A program made the translations under genes and the position numbers. 63,472 bases of DNA. Origin: an uncultured bacterium. Lineage in GTDB: Bacteria; Chlamydiota; Chlamydiia; Chlamydiales; JAJFMA01. The DNA is taken from positions 1 to 63,472 of the forward strand of contig CAYTFC010000007.1 in assembly GCA_964436955.1 (NCBI GenBank). The letters are read 5' to 3'. A model generated the notes under the pieces. The model worked only from the letters and a program-made list of their open reading frames with translations, searched no databases and had not been told where the DNA came from. Each line of letters opens with the position of its first letter. Position 1 is the stretch's first letter. This document shows positions 44,401 to 53,593 of this stretch, in pieces.

Positions 44401-46087
44401 TCCCCCAAGAGTTGCCGGGATAATGCATGAATCCGCGCTGCTCTAGTACGGTTACTAAGGCATTAAAGTCTGTGATAAGGGCTTGAGCACCCTCGGCGGA
44501 TGGAACATCGCGGTACTTCTGTATAATATCTTGCAGACCTTTAGCAATAACATAGATGCCATCGGTTACAAAGCCTTCTGGAGGGGCTTCGGGTGACAGT
44601 ACTGGCGCATACACGACTAATCCAAGGCGCTGCTCTTGTTCAGGCAGCTTTTTAAAGGCTTCATAGCCTTCAATAGGAAAGTTCGCTCTGACTAAGTCGG
44701 GATGCTTGGGATTCCAAGAACCTGCGAGAAGGTTTTGAATCTGCTCAGATTCCTTTTTGGCCAATGAACCTAAGTTAAAGGCCATAAGGCTGTGACTGTC
44801 GGTTAATGTGCTAAGGTTTACGGCGTAGCCATCTGGTCGCGGTGCGAGGGTTTCGTCAGAAGCTTGGGAGATTCTTGCGAGGTCATTAATCAAGAAGCTT
44901 GTAATTTTGTCCTTGAGAAACGCTTGCTCATCAGAATTCGGTACAGTATTTACGAGGGTATTGATGTCAGGATACAGAACAAGGCTTATAAGATTAGCGT
45001 CCCAATCCACCACAATGGACTGAATGTATGGGTTACGTCCACCCAGGTCAATGACTTGTTGGCGTGTGGTGGCATTATAGGGAAGGGCTCCGTCTTCAAA
45101 GGACTTAGCAACAGCATCCGCAGTTAATGGCTTCTGAACAGCGTCAAAATCGGCTTGATTTTGTTGCAGAATGGTCGCAGCTTGTGCCAAGAAGGCTATT
45201 TGCTGATCATATAGAGCAACGCGTTCGCGTGTTTCACCATCTAAGGATGCGGTTTTGCCATCTTTGCCAGACAGCTCTTGACGCTTCGCAGAAATTTTGG
45301 TGGAAACACTCTGCATCTGTGCAGCGAGCGCTTTTGTCATTCCGCCTTCTGGCAGGTTGGTTGTTTGCGAAACGGTATGTGCAATGCGTTTAAAAATAGC
45401 CTCTGTCGGGCCAACAAGAGCCTTTTTAGCGTCCACAATATCTTGAGCAAAGCTTAGCAGAACATCTTGCTGTTCAGGTGTAAGTTCTCCTTTAGCTACC
45501 AGCTCGGCTTCCTGAGCCTTCGGACTGGTTCCACCCACTGCTGCAGCGAGGTGCGCCACTCGATCAATCACCAACGCTTTATAAAGAGGTGTAGGTGTTC
45601 CTTGAGCATCAAAGCGAGTGGTAAATTGAAACAGCTGGTCGATATCTGTTTGATCAAGATGAACGCCAATACGTCTTTCCACCACTATCGTCGTGCCTTG
45701 ATCAGAAGCGACTTCTTTACCTAAGCGTAGTTGTGCGGGTAGAAACGGGATGCGTTTACCGGCCTCAGGCAACACTGCTTTGAAACGTTGCGCATCTGCG
45801 GCGTTCGTAAACGTCACGTCTATAAAACGCGGATCGGATTCGCGTAACGTGATGGCGTTTGGGTGAACCTGCAACAGCTTTGCAAATGATTCCAGCCATT
45901 CAACTGACTGCGGCTCCAAGACGTCGATTCGATCGACAATCTGCCCCGCAACTTGGTGCGATTGTTCCAGTCCAACAGGCTCCTTGAGAGGCTTGGAGTA
46001 GAAAAAGACCGTTGGGAGGACGTTATAAAGAGTGATGAGCAAAACAGATATAATGAGATATAGCTGCCAGCGTTTTTGCCTTTCCAT
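41498..46087 (-). CDS. secDF: Fused protein-export membrane protein SecD/SecF
   Basis: 1529 aa with a very long periplasmic N-terminal region and two SecD/SecF 6-TM modules ([53 protein letters not shown]). Confidence 0.92.
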   Translation of the reverse strand: [1529 protein letters not shown]

Positions 46088-46234
46088 TGCAGAAACTTCC
46101 TTAACGACGTGATTCAGAAGGATGTTTTTTAGCAGAACACAATGATCATAATTGGAAAGGGTATCATGTAAAACCGGATTCTGTCTAGGGAAAACTCAAC
46201 TTTTGAAAATCTCCATTTTACAGGATGCAATGAT

Positions 46235-46345
46235 GGACTTTAGGAAGGACGAAAAGGACAGTAATAAAGACGCAAAGGACGCAGCAAAGACAGCAACCTA
46301 TGCGGTCCGTTTATTTATTGTCTTACTACAGTCTTTTGCGTCTTT
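46235..46345. repeat. Short, degenerate GGAC/AGAC-unit element
   Basis: The units are ggaaggac gaaaaggac ... aaagacgcaaaggac. The inverted segment 46266..46280 pairs with 46331..46345 (1 mismatch). Confidence 0.5.
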
Positions 46346-46354
46346 GATCGGACA

Positions 46355-46388
46355 TAAAAAAAGACAAGGTTGAAACAACCTTGTCTTT
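46355..46388 (-). terminator. Rho-independent terminator of the NTT gene
   Basis: An 11-12 bp stem aagacaaggtt / aaccttgtctt. On the minus strand it is followed by T7. It lies about 27 nt after the stop. Confidence 0.7.
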
Positions 46389-46414
46389 TATTGAACAAAT
46401 ATTCTGTCGAAAAC

Positions 46415-47971
46415 TTAGGCTGGAGAAGCCGCGCGGTTTGCTTCTGTAGCAGAAGCATTTTGTGCCGCTTTGTCTTCTTCTTCCCTTTTCTTGCAGCGCT
46501 CGAGGAACATTTTGTTCAGAGCAACTACTGCAACTAACCATGCTGCTACAATCACAATCAAAATGACTGCAACGTATGGCGTAATTGCAGAGATAGCACC
46601 AACAAAGGAGAACAAGAGGATCTGAATGAGCGATCCGCCTGATTTACCTAGTCGAGCACCTACTACGTCAACTGCAGCTTTCCCTTTCACTTTGGATTCT
46701 GGGTCCAATGGGATATAGCTCATTTCCTTAGTTGGGTCGAAAAGTGAGTACTTCGCAGATTTACTCATAATGTTCTGAGCCGATCCGAACAAAACAGCAA
46801 GCATCAATGGTGTTGTTGCAAAAGCTGCTGCTAGTCCAGCGAAAACATCACCAAACATCATGAATCCAAAAAAGCCCATACCAGTAACAATAAGAACAAC
46901 TGGTGTAAAGAGGGCTCCAAAGCGCCATCCTAGGCGACGTACAACGTTACCACCAACTAGCAGCATCATTAAGATGGTGACGATACCAGTTACTGTTGAG
47001 AATCCACCCATAAATGCGGCATAGGAGTTGTGGTCCGTATATTGCATCTTTACAGAAGCTTTCCAGGTCACTTCAACGAGATTGATCGCTATGCCATAAC
47101 TCATAACAATGATCGTCAAGCAGAGCAAGTATGGGGAGCGTGCGATGAAGACAAAGCCTTCCCAAATACCCATTTTGAGTTTTTTCTTTTCTTTCTTTCG
47201 CTCGTTTGGATCATAGAAGCGAGGGTCAGGAAGAACGTTTTTATCCATCCAGTAATAAGCAGCCATAATTATCAAGCCGCCTAGAACAACCATGGACATT
47301 AGGTAGTTCAAGGTTACGCCCCATTTATCCACGCCTGGTGCTGGTTCCCAGTTAGAGAAATAAATAATCATTGGGCCGGAAACAACCAAGGCAGCATTAA
47401 AACCCAAACCGAATAGGTTATAGAATCGCTTTGATTCCGAAACGCGCGTAATTTGGTTAGCAAAGCCCCAGAAGCAGAGGGACAATACAGCGCTACCCCA
47501 TAATTCGGACATAATATAGAAAAGGGAACTTGTCCAATGCTGAAGAGCTTTTGTTAGTCCAATCCAACCGGCTGGTAGCCAAGATTGCATGGTCATTGTC
47601 GTTTCATCAGAGAGATGAAGGAAGTCTTTATAGGGGTGGAACACGAAAGGAAAGGCCGCGAAAAACACCAAAAACGCAGTGACTGTTACGTAGAAAAGCG
47701 CAGGACGGTTCAATACATTACTCAGCTGGGAGTAGATGATCATGAACAGAATCGCTCCTGGAACAGTACCGCAAACTTTCAAGAAAGGTAGTGCTTCAGC
47801 GCCAGCATCAGTAACAACCAGTGCGTCTTTTGAATCGCGTAATACTGTGTAGTTAAAAGATATAAAAAATGCCATTATCAGCATCGGAATGAGCTTTTTC
47901 AGCTCGAAATTGTGGATCGGCCACAAGAAGGCTCTCCACTTTCCGAATTCTTGTTCTAAACTTTGTGCCAT
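46415..47971 (-). CDS. ntt: Nucleotide transporter (NTT / Tlc ATP:ADP antiporter family)
   Basis: The ATG at 47971 (MAQSLEQEFGKWRAFLWPIHNFELKKLIP) has a GAGGA SD. About 12 TM segments are present. The N-terminal FLWPI ... ELKK and FNYTVLRDSKDALVVT motifs are typical of Tlc/NTT. Confidence 0.88.
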   Translation of the reverse strand: MAQSLEQEFGKWRAFLWPIHNFELKKLIPMLIMAFFISFNYTVLRDSKDALVVTDAGAEALPFLKVCGTVPGAILFMIIYSQLSNVLNRPALFYVTVTAFLVFFAAFPFVFHPYKDFLHLSDETTMTMQSWLPAGWIGLTKALQHWTSSLFYIMSELWGSAVLSLCFWGFANQITRVSESKRFYNLFGLGFNAALVVSGPMIIYFSNWEPAPGVDKWGVTLNYLMSMVVLGGLIIMAAYYWMDKNVLPDPRFYDPNERKKEKKKLKMGIWEGFVFIARSPYLLCLTIIVMSYGIAINLVEVTWKASVKMQYTDHNSYAAFMGGFSTVTGIVTILMMLLVGGNVVRRLGWRFGALFTPVVLIVTGMGFFGFMMFGDVFAGLAAAFATTPLMLAVLFGSAQNIMSKSAKYSLFDPTKEMSYIPLDPESKVKGKAAVDVVGARLGKSGGSLIQILLFSFVGAISAITPYVAVILIVIVAAWLVAVVALNKMFLERCKKREEEDKAAQNASATEANRAASPA

Positions 47972-48135
47972 ACATATCCTCAATGAAGTTTGCGACAGAT
48001 CTCAATTTACTGAAAGAGACTCGTCATGAAAGAGTTACTGTTTTGAAGAGGTTTATTATAGAGAAGACCTACCTAAATTTCAAGGAAAACATTTGGTTCG
48101 TTGCACTTAGGATTGCTTTTTATAGATATAATAAG

Positions 48136-48174
48136 TAGAAAAAACCCTTCGAAAAAGCTGAATTCGAAGGGTTT
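48136..48174 (-). terminator. Rho-independent terminator after the euo-like gene
   Basis: A 12-bp stem aaacccttcgaa/ttcgaagggttt. On the minus strand it is followed by a T-rich tract. It lies about 22 nt after the stop. Confidence 0.65.
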
Positions 48175-48196
48175 AAGTGAATTACTGGACTACCGA

Positions 48197-48733
48197 CTAG
48201 ACGCGGTTGAACTCTGGGGAAGCAGCCAAAGCAGCGAAGTTGTTTTGGTGAGTGATTGCTTCGACATAGCTATTCCATAGTTCTGGCTCAACACGGCCAT
48301 GACGGATAGACGCGATGAGTTCACGTTTAACAGTGCGCAGATCTTTTTTTGGTGTCAATTTACGGACCATATCTTTATCGCCAGCGAGACGTGCCATGTT
48401 CAACATGCGCTCGAGGTCTTGTTTCGTAAAGGCGATTTGATCACGACGCTTACGTGAACCGCGAGCTGCCCGTGGCTTTGGTGGAACTGTAATAGGCTTA
48501 TCAACGTTAGTAACAAATTGTTTAATAAGAGTGGTTAGTTGCTTTGGATTCTCACCCTTCATTTTACGCATTGTGAAGTGGTGCATATAGCCACCGGTAC
48601 TAACAGGAAGATAGCGGCACAGATCGTTTTCTTTTCTAGCGCCAATTTTTTTTATTGCGCTTGCAATAAGGCCTTCTAGATCCTTTATGTCCGTTTTACT
48701 GAACTTTTCGTTTTTTGTGTCTTGTTGAGTCAT
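48197..48733 (-). CDS. euo: EUO-like DNA-binding protein (chlamydial early-gene repressor family)
   Basis: 178 aa, and chlamydial EUO is about 180 aa. The motif CRYLPVSTGGYMHHFTMRKMKGENPKQL matches my recollection of the EUO core. The neighbourhood with recJ/secDF/gltX also fits. Confidence 0.6.
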   Translation of the reverse strand: MTQQDTKNEKFSKTDIKDLEGLIASAIKKIGARKENDLCRYLPVSTGGYMHHFTMRKMKGENPKQLTTLIKQFVTNVDKPITVPPKPRAARGSRKRRDQIAFTKQDLERMLNMARLAGDKDMVRKLTPKKDLRTVKRELIASIRHGRVEPELWNSYVEAITHQNNFAALAASPEFNRV

Positions 48734-49274
48734 GTTTTACCTACCTTATGTGTTTTCTTGTGATGAATAATAACTTTTCGTAGTAAGCCCTTAACCTAGA
48801 ACATAGGACCTACTCCGACTTGTCTGAACGACAAATCGGTTATTCTCATGCACCCGACAAACAACTTTGAAACTGTTAGTTTCAAAGGTCTCCGCTGTTT
48901 GTTGGTTTTCAGTTTAACTCTTCTTAAAAACCGATGCCCTGTTGGTAAACGGGGTTTTCACCACTCTTCTCACTCACCCCTAATGAAACCAACCAGTTGG
49001 AGCATGGTTCTTAATTTACTATTTCGGAACTTTATAGAATTATGTCATTCGGTGCAACTTAAAATCAACAGATAAGGCTCACAAGCCATATGAATCTATA
49101 TTTTCCGTTGTGACAAAAATCTGAAGTTTCTCTAGGTAACGCTATAAATGTAGATCTTTTTGTTTCCTTCGGTATTTTTTTTCGTTGGAATGTATGATGA
49201 TTGCCTTGAAACTGAATATGGTCTAAAATTAATCACCTAATACTGAATTTCATTCAAAATTGGAGAAGCAGAAA

Positions 49275-50117
49275 ATGAGTCTACCAATTCATTCATCCAA
49301 ATCATCTGGGCCTGTTAATGTCATTGCGGTGGCCGCGGGCAAGGGTGGCGTGGGAAAATCTACAGTTACGGTTAATTTAGCTTTAGCATTGAGTTTGTTA
49401 GGACATAAAGTTGGAATTTTGGATGCAGACTTATATGGACCATCTTTGCGGCGCATGCTCCCGGAGGATCAACTTCCTTCACAAAAGGGTCCTTCATTAC
49501 TGCCAGCAATGTGTAAAGGGGTACGTGTGATGTCGATGGCATATTTCCGCCAAGACAATGTAGCAACGGCTGTGCGAGCACCAATAGCGAACAGTTTGAT
49601 TAGTCAGTTTTTAGATCAAGTAGAATGGGGACCGTTGGATTATCTTCTCATCGATTTCCCACCGGGAACTGGGGACATCCAACTGACTCTAAGTCAGAAG
49701 GCCAAGTTAACAGGAGCTGTCATGGTGACGACTCCTCAGCAGGTCGCGGTGATGGACGTGCGCAAAGCTATGCATCTTTTTTCCCAGGTGCATGTGCCGG
49801 TGCTTGGTATTATGGAGAATATGAGCTACTTTATTCATCCTGATTCAGGTGAGACGCTTCACTTATTTGGACAAGGTGGTGGGCGGCGGTTATCGGAAGA
49901 GACGGGTGTTCCTTTTCTTGGCCAAATCCCTATTGACCCGGTGTTGAGTGCATGCGGAGATGAAGGCCGATCTCTTTTCGATGAAAAAAGCATCTCGGGC
50001 GCGGCGTTTAAGCAATTGGCACGTCAGGTGGTGGAGAGGACAGATAGCTTAAGGGCAGATGGCATGGGGATGTTAGAGAGTTTTGAATTGGTGTGGAAGG
50101 AGATGGTAGCACGATGA
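49275..50117 (+). CDS. mrp: Mrp/ApbC/NBP35-family Fe-S cluster carrier ATPase
   Basis: The ATG at 49275 has a GGAG SD. Motifs are VAAGKGGVGKST (deviant Walker A), DADLYGPS and DYLLIDFPPGTGD. Confidence 0.88.
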   Translation: MSLPIHSSKSSGPVNVIAVAAGKGGVGKSTVTVNLALALSLLGHKVGILDADLYGPSLRRMLPEDQLPSQKGPSLLPAMCKGVRVMSMAYFRQDNVATAVRAPIANSLISQFLDQVEWGPLDYLLIDFPPGTGDIQLTLSQKAKLTGAVMVTTPQQVAVMDVRKAMHLFSQVHVPVLGIMENMSYFIHPDSGETLHLFGQGGGRRLSEETGVPFLGQIPIDPVLSACGDEGRSLFDEKSISGAAFKQLARQVVERTDSLRADGMGMLESFELVWKEMVAR

Positions 50118-50434
50118 ACGCAGCAATATCTTTCCGTGTAAAACGCCTCGAACAAGTCGATAACCATTGTTTTTTGATTGAATGGAATGATGGACGTACT
50201 GACATCTATCGTTTAAGCCAACTGCAAAGGCATTGTCCATGCGCAGGCTGCGTTGAGGAGCATAGTGGACGCCGCCAAGTGGATCCTGCATCGGTAGATG
50301 ATGGAGTTCGTGGGGTTAAGATTACAAGTGTTGGGCGCTATGCGCTGCGAGTACAATTTGCATCAGGTTGCAGTAACGGCATTTACGGTTTTGATATGCT
50401 AAGAGCGTTATCTGATACAACCAAAAGTCGCTAA
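50114..50434 (+). CDS. DUF971-family protein
   Basis: The ATG overlaps the mrp stop (ATGA at 50114..50117). FLIEWNDGRTDIYRLSQLQRHCPCAGC is a typical DUF971 core. Confidence 0.7.
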   Translation: MNAAISFRVKRLEQVDNHCFLIEWNDGRTDIYRLSQLQRHCPCAGCVEEHSGRRQVDPASVDDGVRGVKITSVGRYALRVQFASGCSNGIYGFDMLRALSDTTKSR

Positions 50435-50451
50435 GTTTAGAGAGGATTAAA

Positions 50452-51462
50452 ATGAGTAAGTGGATCGGTTTATTTTCAGTTCTTTGCACTGTGATGTTAC
50501 TGACGGTACAATGTTCGTCTGACCATGGACATCGCCACACAGCGATGACTGAATGGACTAAGGATAATGGCAGGATTAAGACCCTCGCTACTACCTGTAT
50601 GATCAGTGATTTGGTGGAAAAAGTGGGTGGGAAGCATGTTGATAACATTTGCTTAATAGCCCCTAATTTGGATCCGCATAGTTATCAGTTAGTCAAAGGA
50701 GACGACGAAAAACTACAATTTGCATCCATTATTTTTGCAAATGGGTTGGGACTGGAGCATGGTCCAAGCTTACATCAATACCTTACGAATAGCAAAAAAG
50801 CTGTGCAAGTCGGAGATGAAATAGCCAAAACAGCACCTGAAGCAGTGTTGACATTTCAAGGCCAGACTGATCCACATATTTGGATGGACATTTCCTTATG
50901 GATGCGTGCATTACCCGTGGTGGTAAAGGCGTTGAGCGAACAAGACCCTGCTCACGCAGAGCTCTTTCGAACCAATGCTGAAAAACTTAGTCAGGAAATG
51001 GGTATGGCTCATAAAAAAACACGCGAAGAGCTACTGACTGTTCCGGATAGTAAACGTTTTCTGGTCACTAGCCATGATGCCTTCAACTACTTTGCTCGCG
51101 CTTATCTCGCTACTGACGAAGAATTGAAAAACAACACTTGGGAAAAACGCTTTCAAGCACCCGAAGGGTTGGCTCCTGAAAGCCAATTGAGCAGCAAGCA
51201 CATCCAAGAAATTCTGACTCACCTGATGAAATATCGCATTCACGTGATTTTCCCGGAGTCCAACCTCAACAAAGATTCCATTCGTAAGTTGGTTCAGGCG
51301 GGCCAAGAAGAAGGACTACATCTGGGCATTGCGGATGACCCTCTTTATGGGGATGCGATGGGACCTCCCGGATCTGATGGTGATACCTATCTAAAAATGA
51401 TCGATCACGATAAACGCATATTAATGCAGTACTTAAACAAACAACCCGATCAAATGGAATGA
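50452..51462 (+). CDS. ytgA: Metal ABC transporter substrate-binding lipoprotein (cluster 9, TroA/ZnuA/YtgA type)
   Basis: The lipobox is LLTVQC. The sequences LDPHSYQ, DPHIWMD and VTSHDAFNYFA contain metal-ligand His/Asp motifs. Confidence 0.8.
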   Translation: MSKWIGLFSVLCTVMLLTVQCSSDHGHRHTAMTEWTKDNGRIKTLATTCMISDLVEKVGGKHVDNICLIAPNLDPHSYQLVKGDDEKLQFASIIFANGLGLEHGPSLHQYLTNSKKAVQVGDEIAKTAPEAVLTFQGQTDPHIWMDISLWMRALPVVVKALSEQDPAHAELFRTNAEKLSQEMGMAHKKTREELLTVPDSKRFLVTSHDAFNYFARAYLATDEELKNNTWEKRFQAPEGLAPESQLSSKHIQEILTHLMKYRIHVIFPESNLNKDSIRKLVQAGQEEGLHLGIADDPLYGDAMGPPGSDGDTYLKMIDHDKRILMQYLNKQPDQME

Positions 51463-52244
51463 CACATCACCCGAATTCTCAATCTGCTGTCGCAGCCTAC
51501 CAGTTGACTGTCAACTATGATAGAACACCGGTCTTATGGGATATTTCATTTGAAATCCCCGCAGGACAGCTGGTGGGAATCATAGGGCCGAATGGCGCTG
51601 GCAAAAGCACATTAGTCAAGACGGCTATGGGGCTACTACAACCCATGTCTGGTAAGGTCCAATTTTTTGGGCATTCGCTGACAGATTTGCATAATCGGAT
51701 TGCGTATGTGCCGCAAAGGGAGTCTGTGGACTGGGATTTTCCAATTACGGTCCATGAGCTTGTGCTCATGGGACGCTACGGAAGACTGGGACTTCTGCGA
51801 CGTCCAAGAGCTGCAGATCACGAGGCTGCGGATTACTACTTGGATTTGGTTGGCATGATGGAATTCCGAAATCGCCAAATCAGTCAGCTTTCTGGTGGTC
51901 AACAGCAGCGAGCGTTCATTGCTCGAGCACTCATTCAAGAGGCCGAAGTCTATTTTATGGATGAGCCTTTTGCTGGAATCGATCACGCGTCTGAAAAAGT
52001 GATCATGGAGCTATTGCGGCAGTTAAGAGATAAAGGTAAAACCGTTTTTGTTGTGCACCACGATCTGAATACAATCGAAAGCTATTTCGATTCAGTAATC
52101 ATGCTAAATATTGCCTTAATTGCTTGCGGGCGCGTGTCCGATGTATTTACGCCAGAAAATTTGAGCAAGGCATACGGCAAAAGCTACGCGCTATTGGATG
52201 AGGCACTACGTCTTTCCAACGCTCGCCAAAGCGGAATAGGTTAG
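51459..52244 (+). CDS. ytgB: Metal ABC transporter ATP-binding protein
   Basis: Walker A is GPNGAGKST, the signature is LSGGQQQR and Walker B is VYFMDEP. The start overlaps the ytgA stop. Confidence 0.88.
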   Translation: MTHHPNSQSAVAAYQLTVNYDRTPVLWDISFEIPAGQLVGIIGPNGAGKSTLVKTAMGLLQPMSGKVQFFGHSLTDLHNRIAYVPQRESVDWDFPITVHELVLMGRYGRLGLLRRPRAADHEAADYYLDLVGMMEFRNRQISQLSGGQQQRAFIARALIQEAEVYFMDEPFAGIDHASEKVIMELLRQLRDKGKTVFVVHHDLNTIESYFDSVIMLNIALIACGRVSDVFTPENLSKAYGKSYALLDEALRLSNARQSGIG

Positions 52245-52246
52245 AC

Positions 52247-53593
52247 ATGCTACAATCACCTTTCCTCTTTTTCACAGATGCGGTGCTGCGGGCGCCCACG
52301 ATTGGATGCATGTTGATGTGCCTTGCAGCATCACTCGTGGGAGTGATTGTGTTTTTACGGAAGGAATCTCTGCTAGGAGAATCTCTCTCCCATGCGGCCT
52401 ATCCCGGAATTATTGCAGGTGCGCTTGTCACAGGTCTTTGGATTGGCGATGAAGCGTCTGAAGAGTGGCTAGCATTGCTTGTATTTTTGGGAGCATTCTC
52501 ATCCGCTTTTATTGGACTAAAGATCATCGCATGGTTGGAAACACGCCACCATATTCGCAGCGACTCCGCTCTTACGTTTGTACTTGCTTCGTTTATGGGC
52601 ATTGGAATCACTTTAGCAAGTCATATTCAGTTTACGCATGCCACGCTCTATCGGCAGTCACAGAACTATTTGTTTGGGCAAGCGGCGACAATGACGGATC
52701 AGCATGTCGTCATGTATGGCAGCTTGGCACTTTTTACAATTGCCATCATCCTAGCTCTCCAAAAAGAACTGCAGCTTATCACCTTCGATCGGGCCTTTGC
52801 CAAAACTACCGGTATTAAAGTGTCTTGGGTGGATTTTGCAGTTTTCACATTGGTTGTGTTGGCAGTCGTATTAGGACTGCGTTCCGTTGGCGTGGTTCTT
52901 ATGTCGGCGATGTTTATAGCCCCTCCCGTGGCGGCTAGACAATATACCCACCGCTTCAGTGGTATGCTAGTCTTAGCAGGCATCATTGGTCTTCTTAGCG
53001 GCTTTTTAGGAAACTACCTATCGGTCGAACTTTCCGATGTTATCGAAAGCTACTATCCCTCCTTGCGTTTGGCCCTTCCCACTGGTCCTATGATCATTCT
53101 AGTGGCTTGCACATTCTGCTTTTTATCCTTGTTAATAGCACCTGAACGAGGGTTGCTTCGCCGGTTGCTACGCATTGGCGGCTTTCGTTATCGCTGCGTG
53201 ATGGAGAATACGATAAAGTGCATTTGGCGGTTTGGGCCAAGAGCTCCTGTGACTTATGAACAAATTCATCACTTTCAGGGCGTTTCAAACCTCTACCTAC
53301 GATTTGTGTTAATTCGCTTGATCATGGGCGGATGGGTTGTGAGACTAAGGAATGGCATGTATCGGCTGACCAAAGATGGACGCCATCGCGCGGCTCGCAT
53401 TGTGCGTTTACATCGCCTGTGGGAGCTCTATTTGGCTGATCAACTTGGGCTCGGTATTGAGAGGGTGCACCGCAACGCGGAAGAGATGGAGCACATTCTT
53501 ACTCCCGAAATTGAAGAGAAGCTGACACAATTGCTAAACAATCCCAAGAGTGACCCACATGATCAACCCATTCCTCCTCGTAAGGCACTCTAA
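52247..53593 (+). CDS. ytgC: Metal ABC permease fused to a C-terminal DtxR-family repressor domain (YtgC-YtgR type)
   Basis: The N-terminal about 300 aa form a polytopic TroC-like permease. The C-terminal about 140 aa are soluble with a winged-helix plus RLHRLWELYL ... HRNAEEMEHILTPE pattern, which is DtxR/TroR-like. Confidence 0.8.
   Translation: MLQSPFLFFTDAVLRAPTIGCMLMCLAASLVGVIVFLRKESLLGESLSHAAYPGIIAGALVTGLWIGDEASEEWLALLVFLGAFSSAFIGLKIIAWLETRHHIRSDSALTFVLASFMGIGITLASHIQFTHATLYRQSQNYLFGQAATMTDQHVVMYGSLALFTIAIILALQKELQLITFDRAFAKTTGIKVSWVDFAVFTLVVLAVVLGLRSVGVVLMSAMFIAPPVAARQYTHRFSGMLVLAGIIGLLSGFLGNYLSVELSDVIESYYPSLRLALPTGPMIILVACTFCFLSLLIAPERGLLRRLLRIGGFRYRCVMENTIKCIWRFGPRAPVTYEQIHHFQGVSNLYLRFVLIRLIMGGWVVRLRNGMYRLTKDGRHRAARIVRLHRLWELYLADQLGLGIERVHRNAEEMEHILTPEIEEKLTQLLNNPKSDPHDQPIPPRKAL

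Noticed and set aside
52724-52742. Sigma-54-like TGGCAC...TTGC at 52724
   Set aside because: The GG-to-GC spacing is about 4 nt too long, and the site lies inside the ytgC coding sequence. No convincing TGGCAC-N5-TTGC was seen in any intergenic region.
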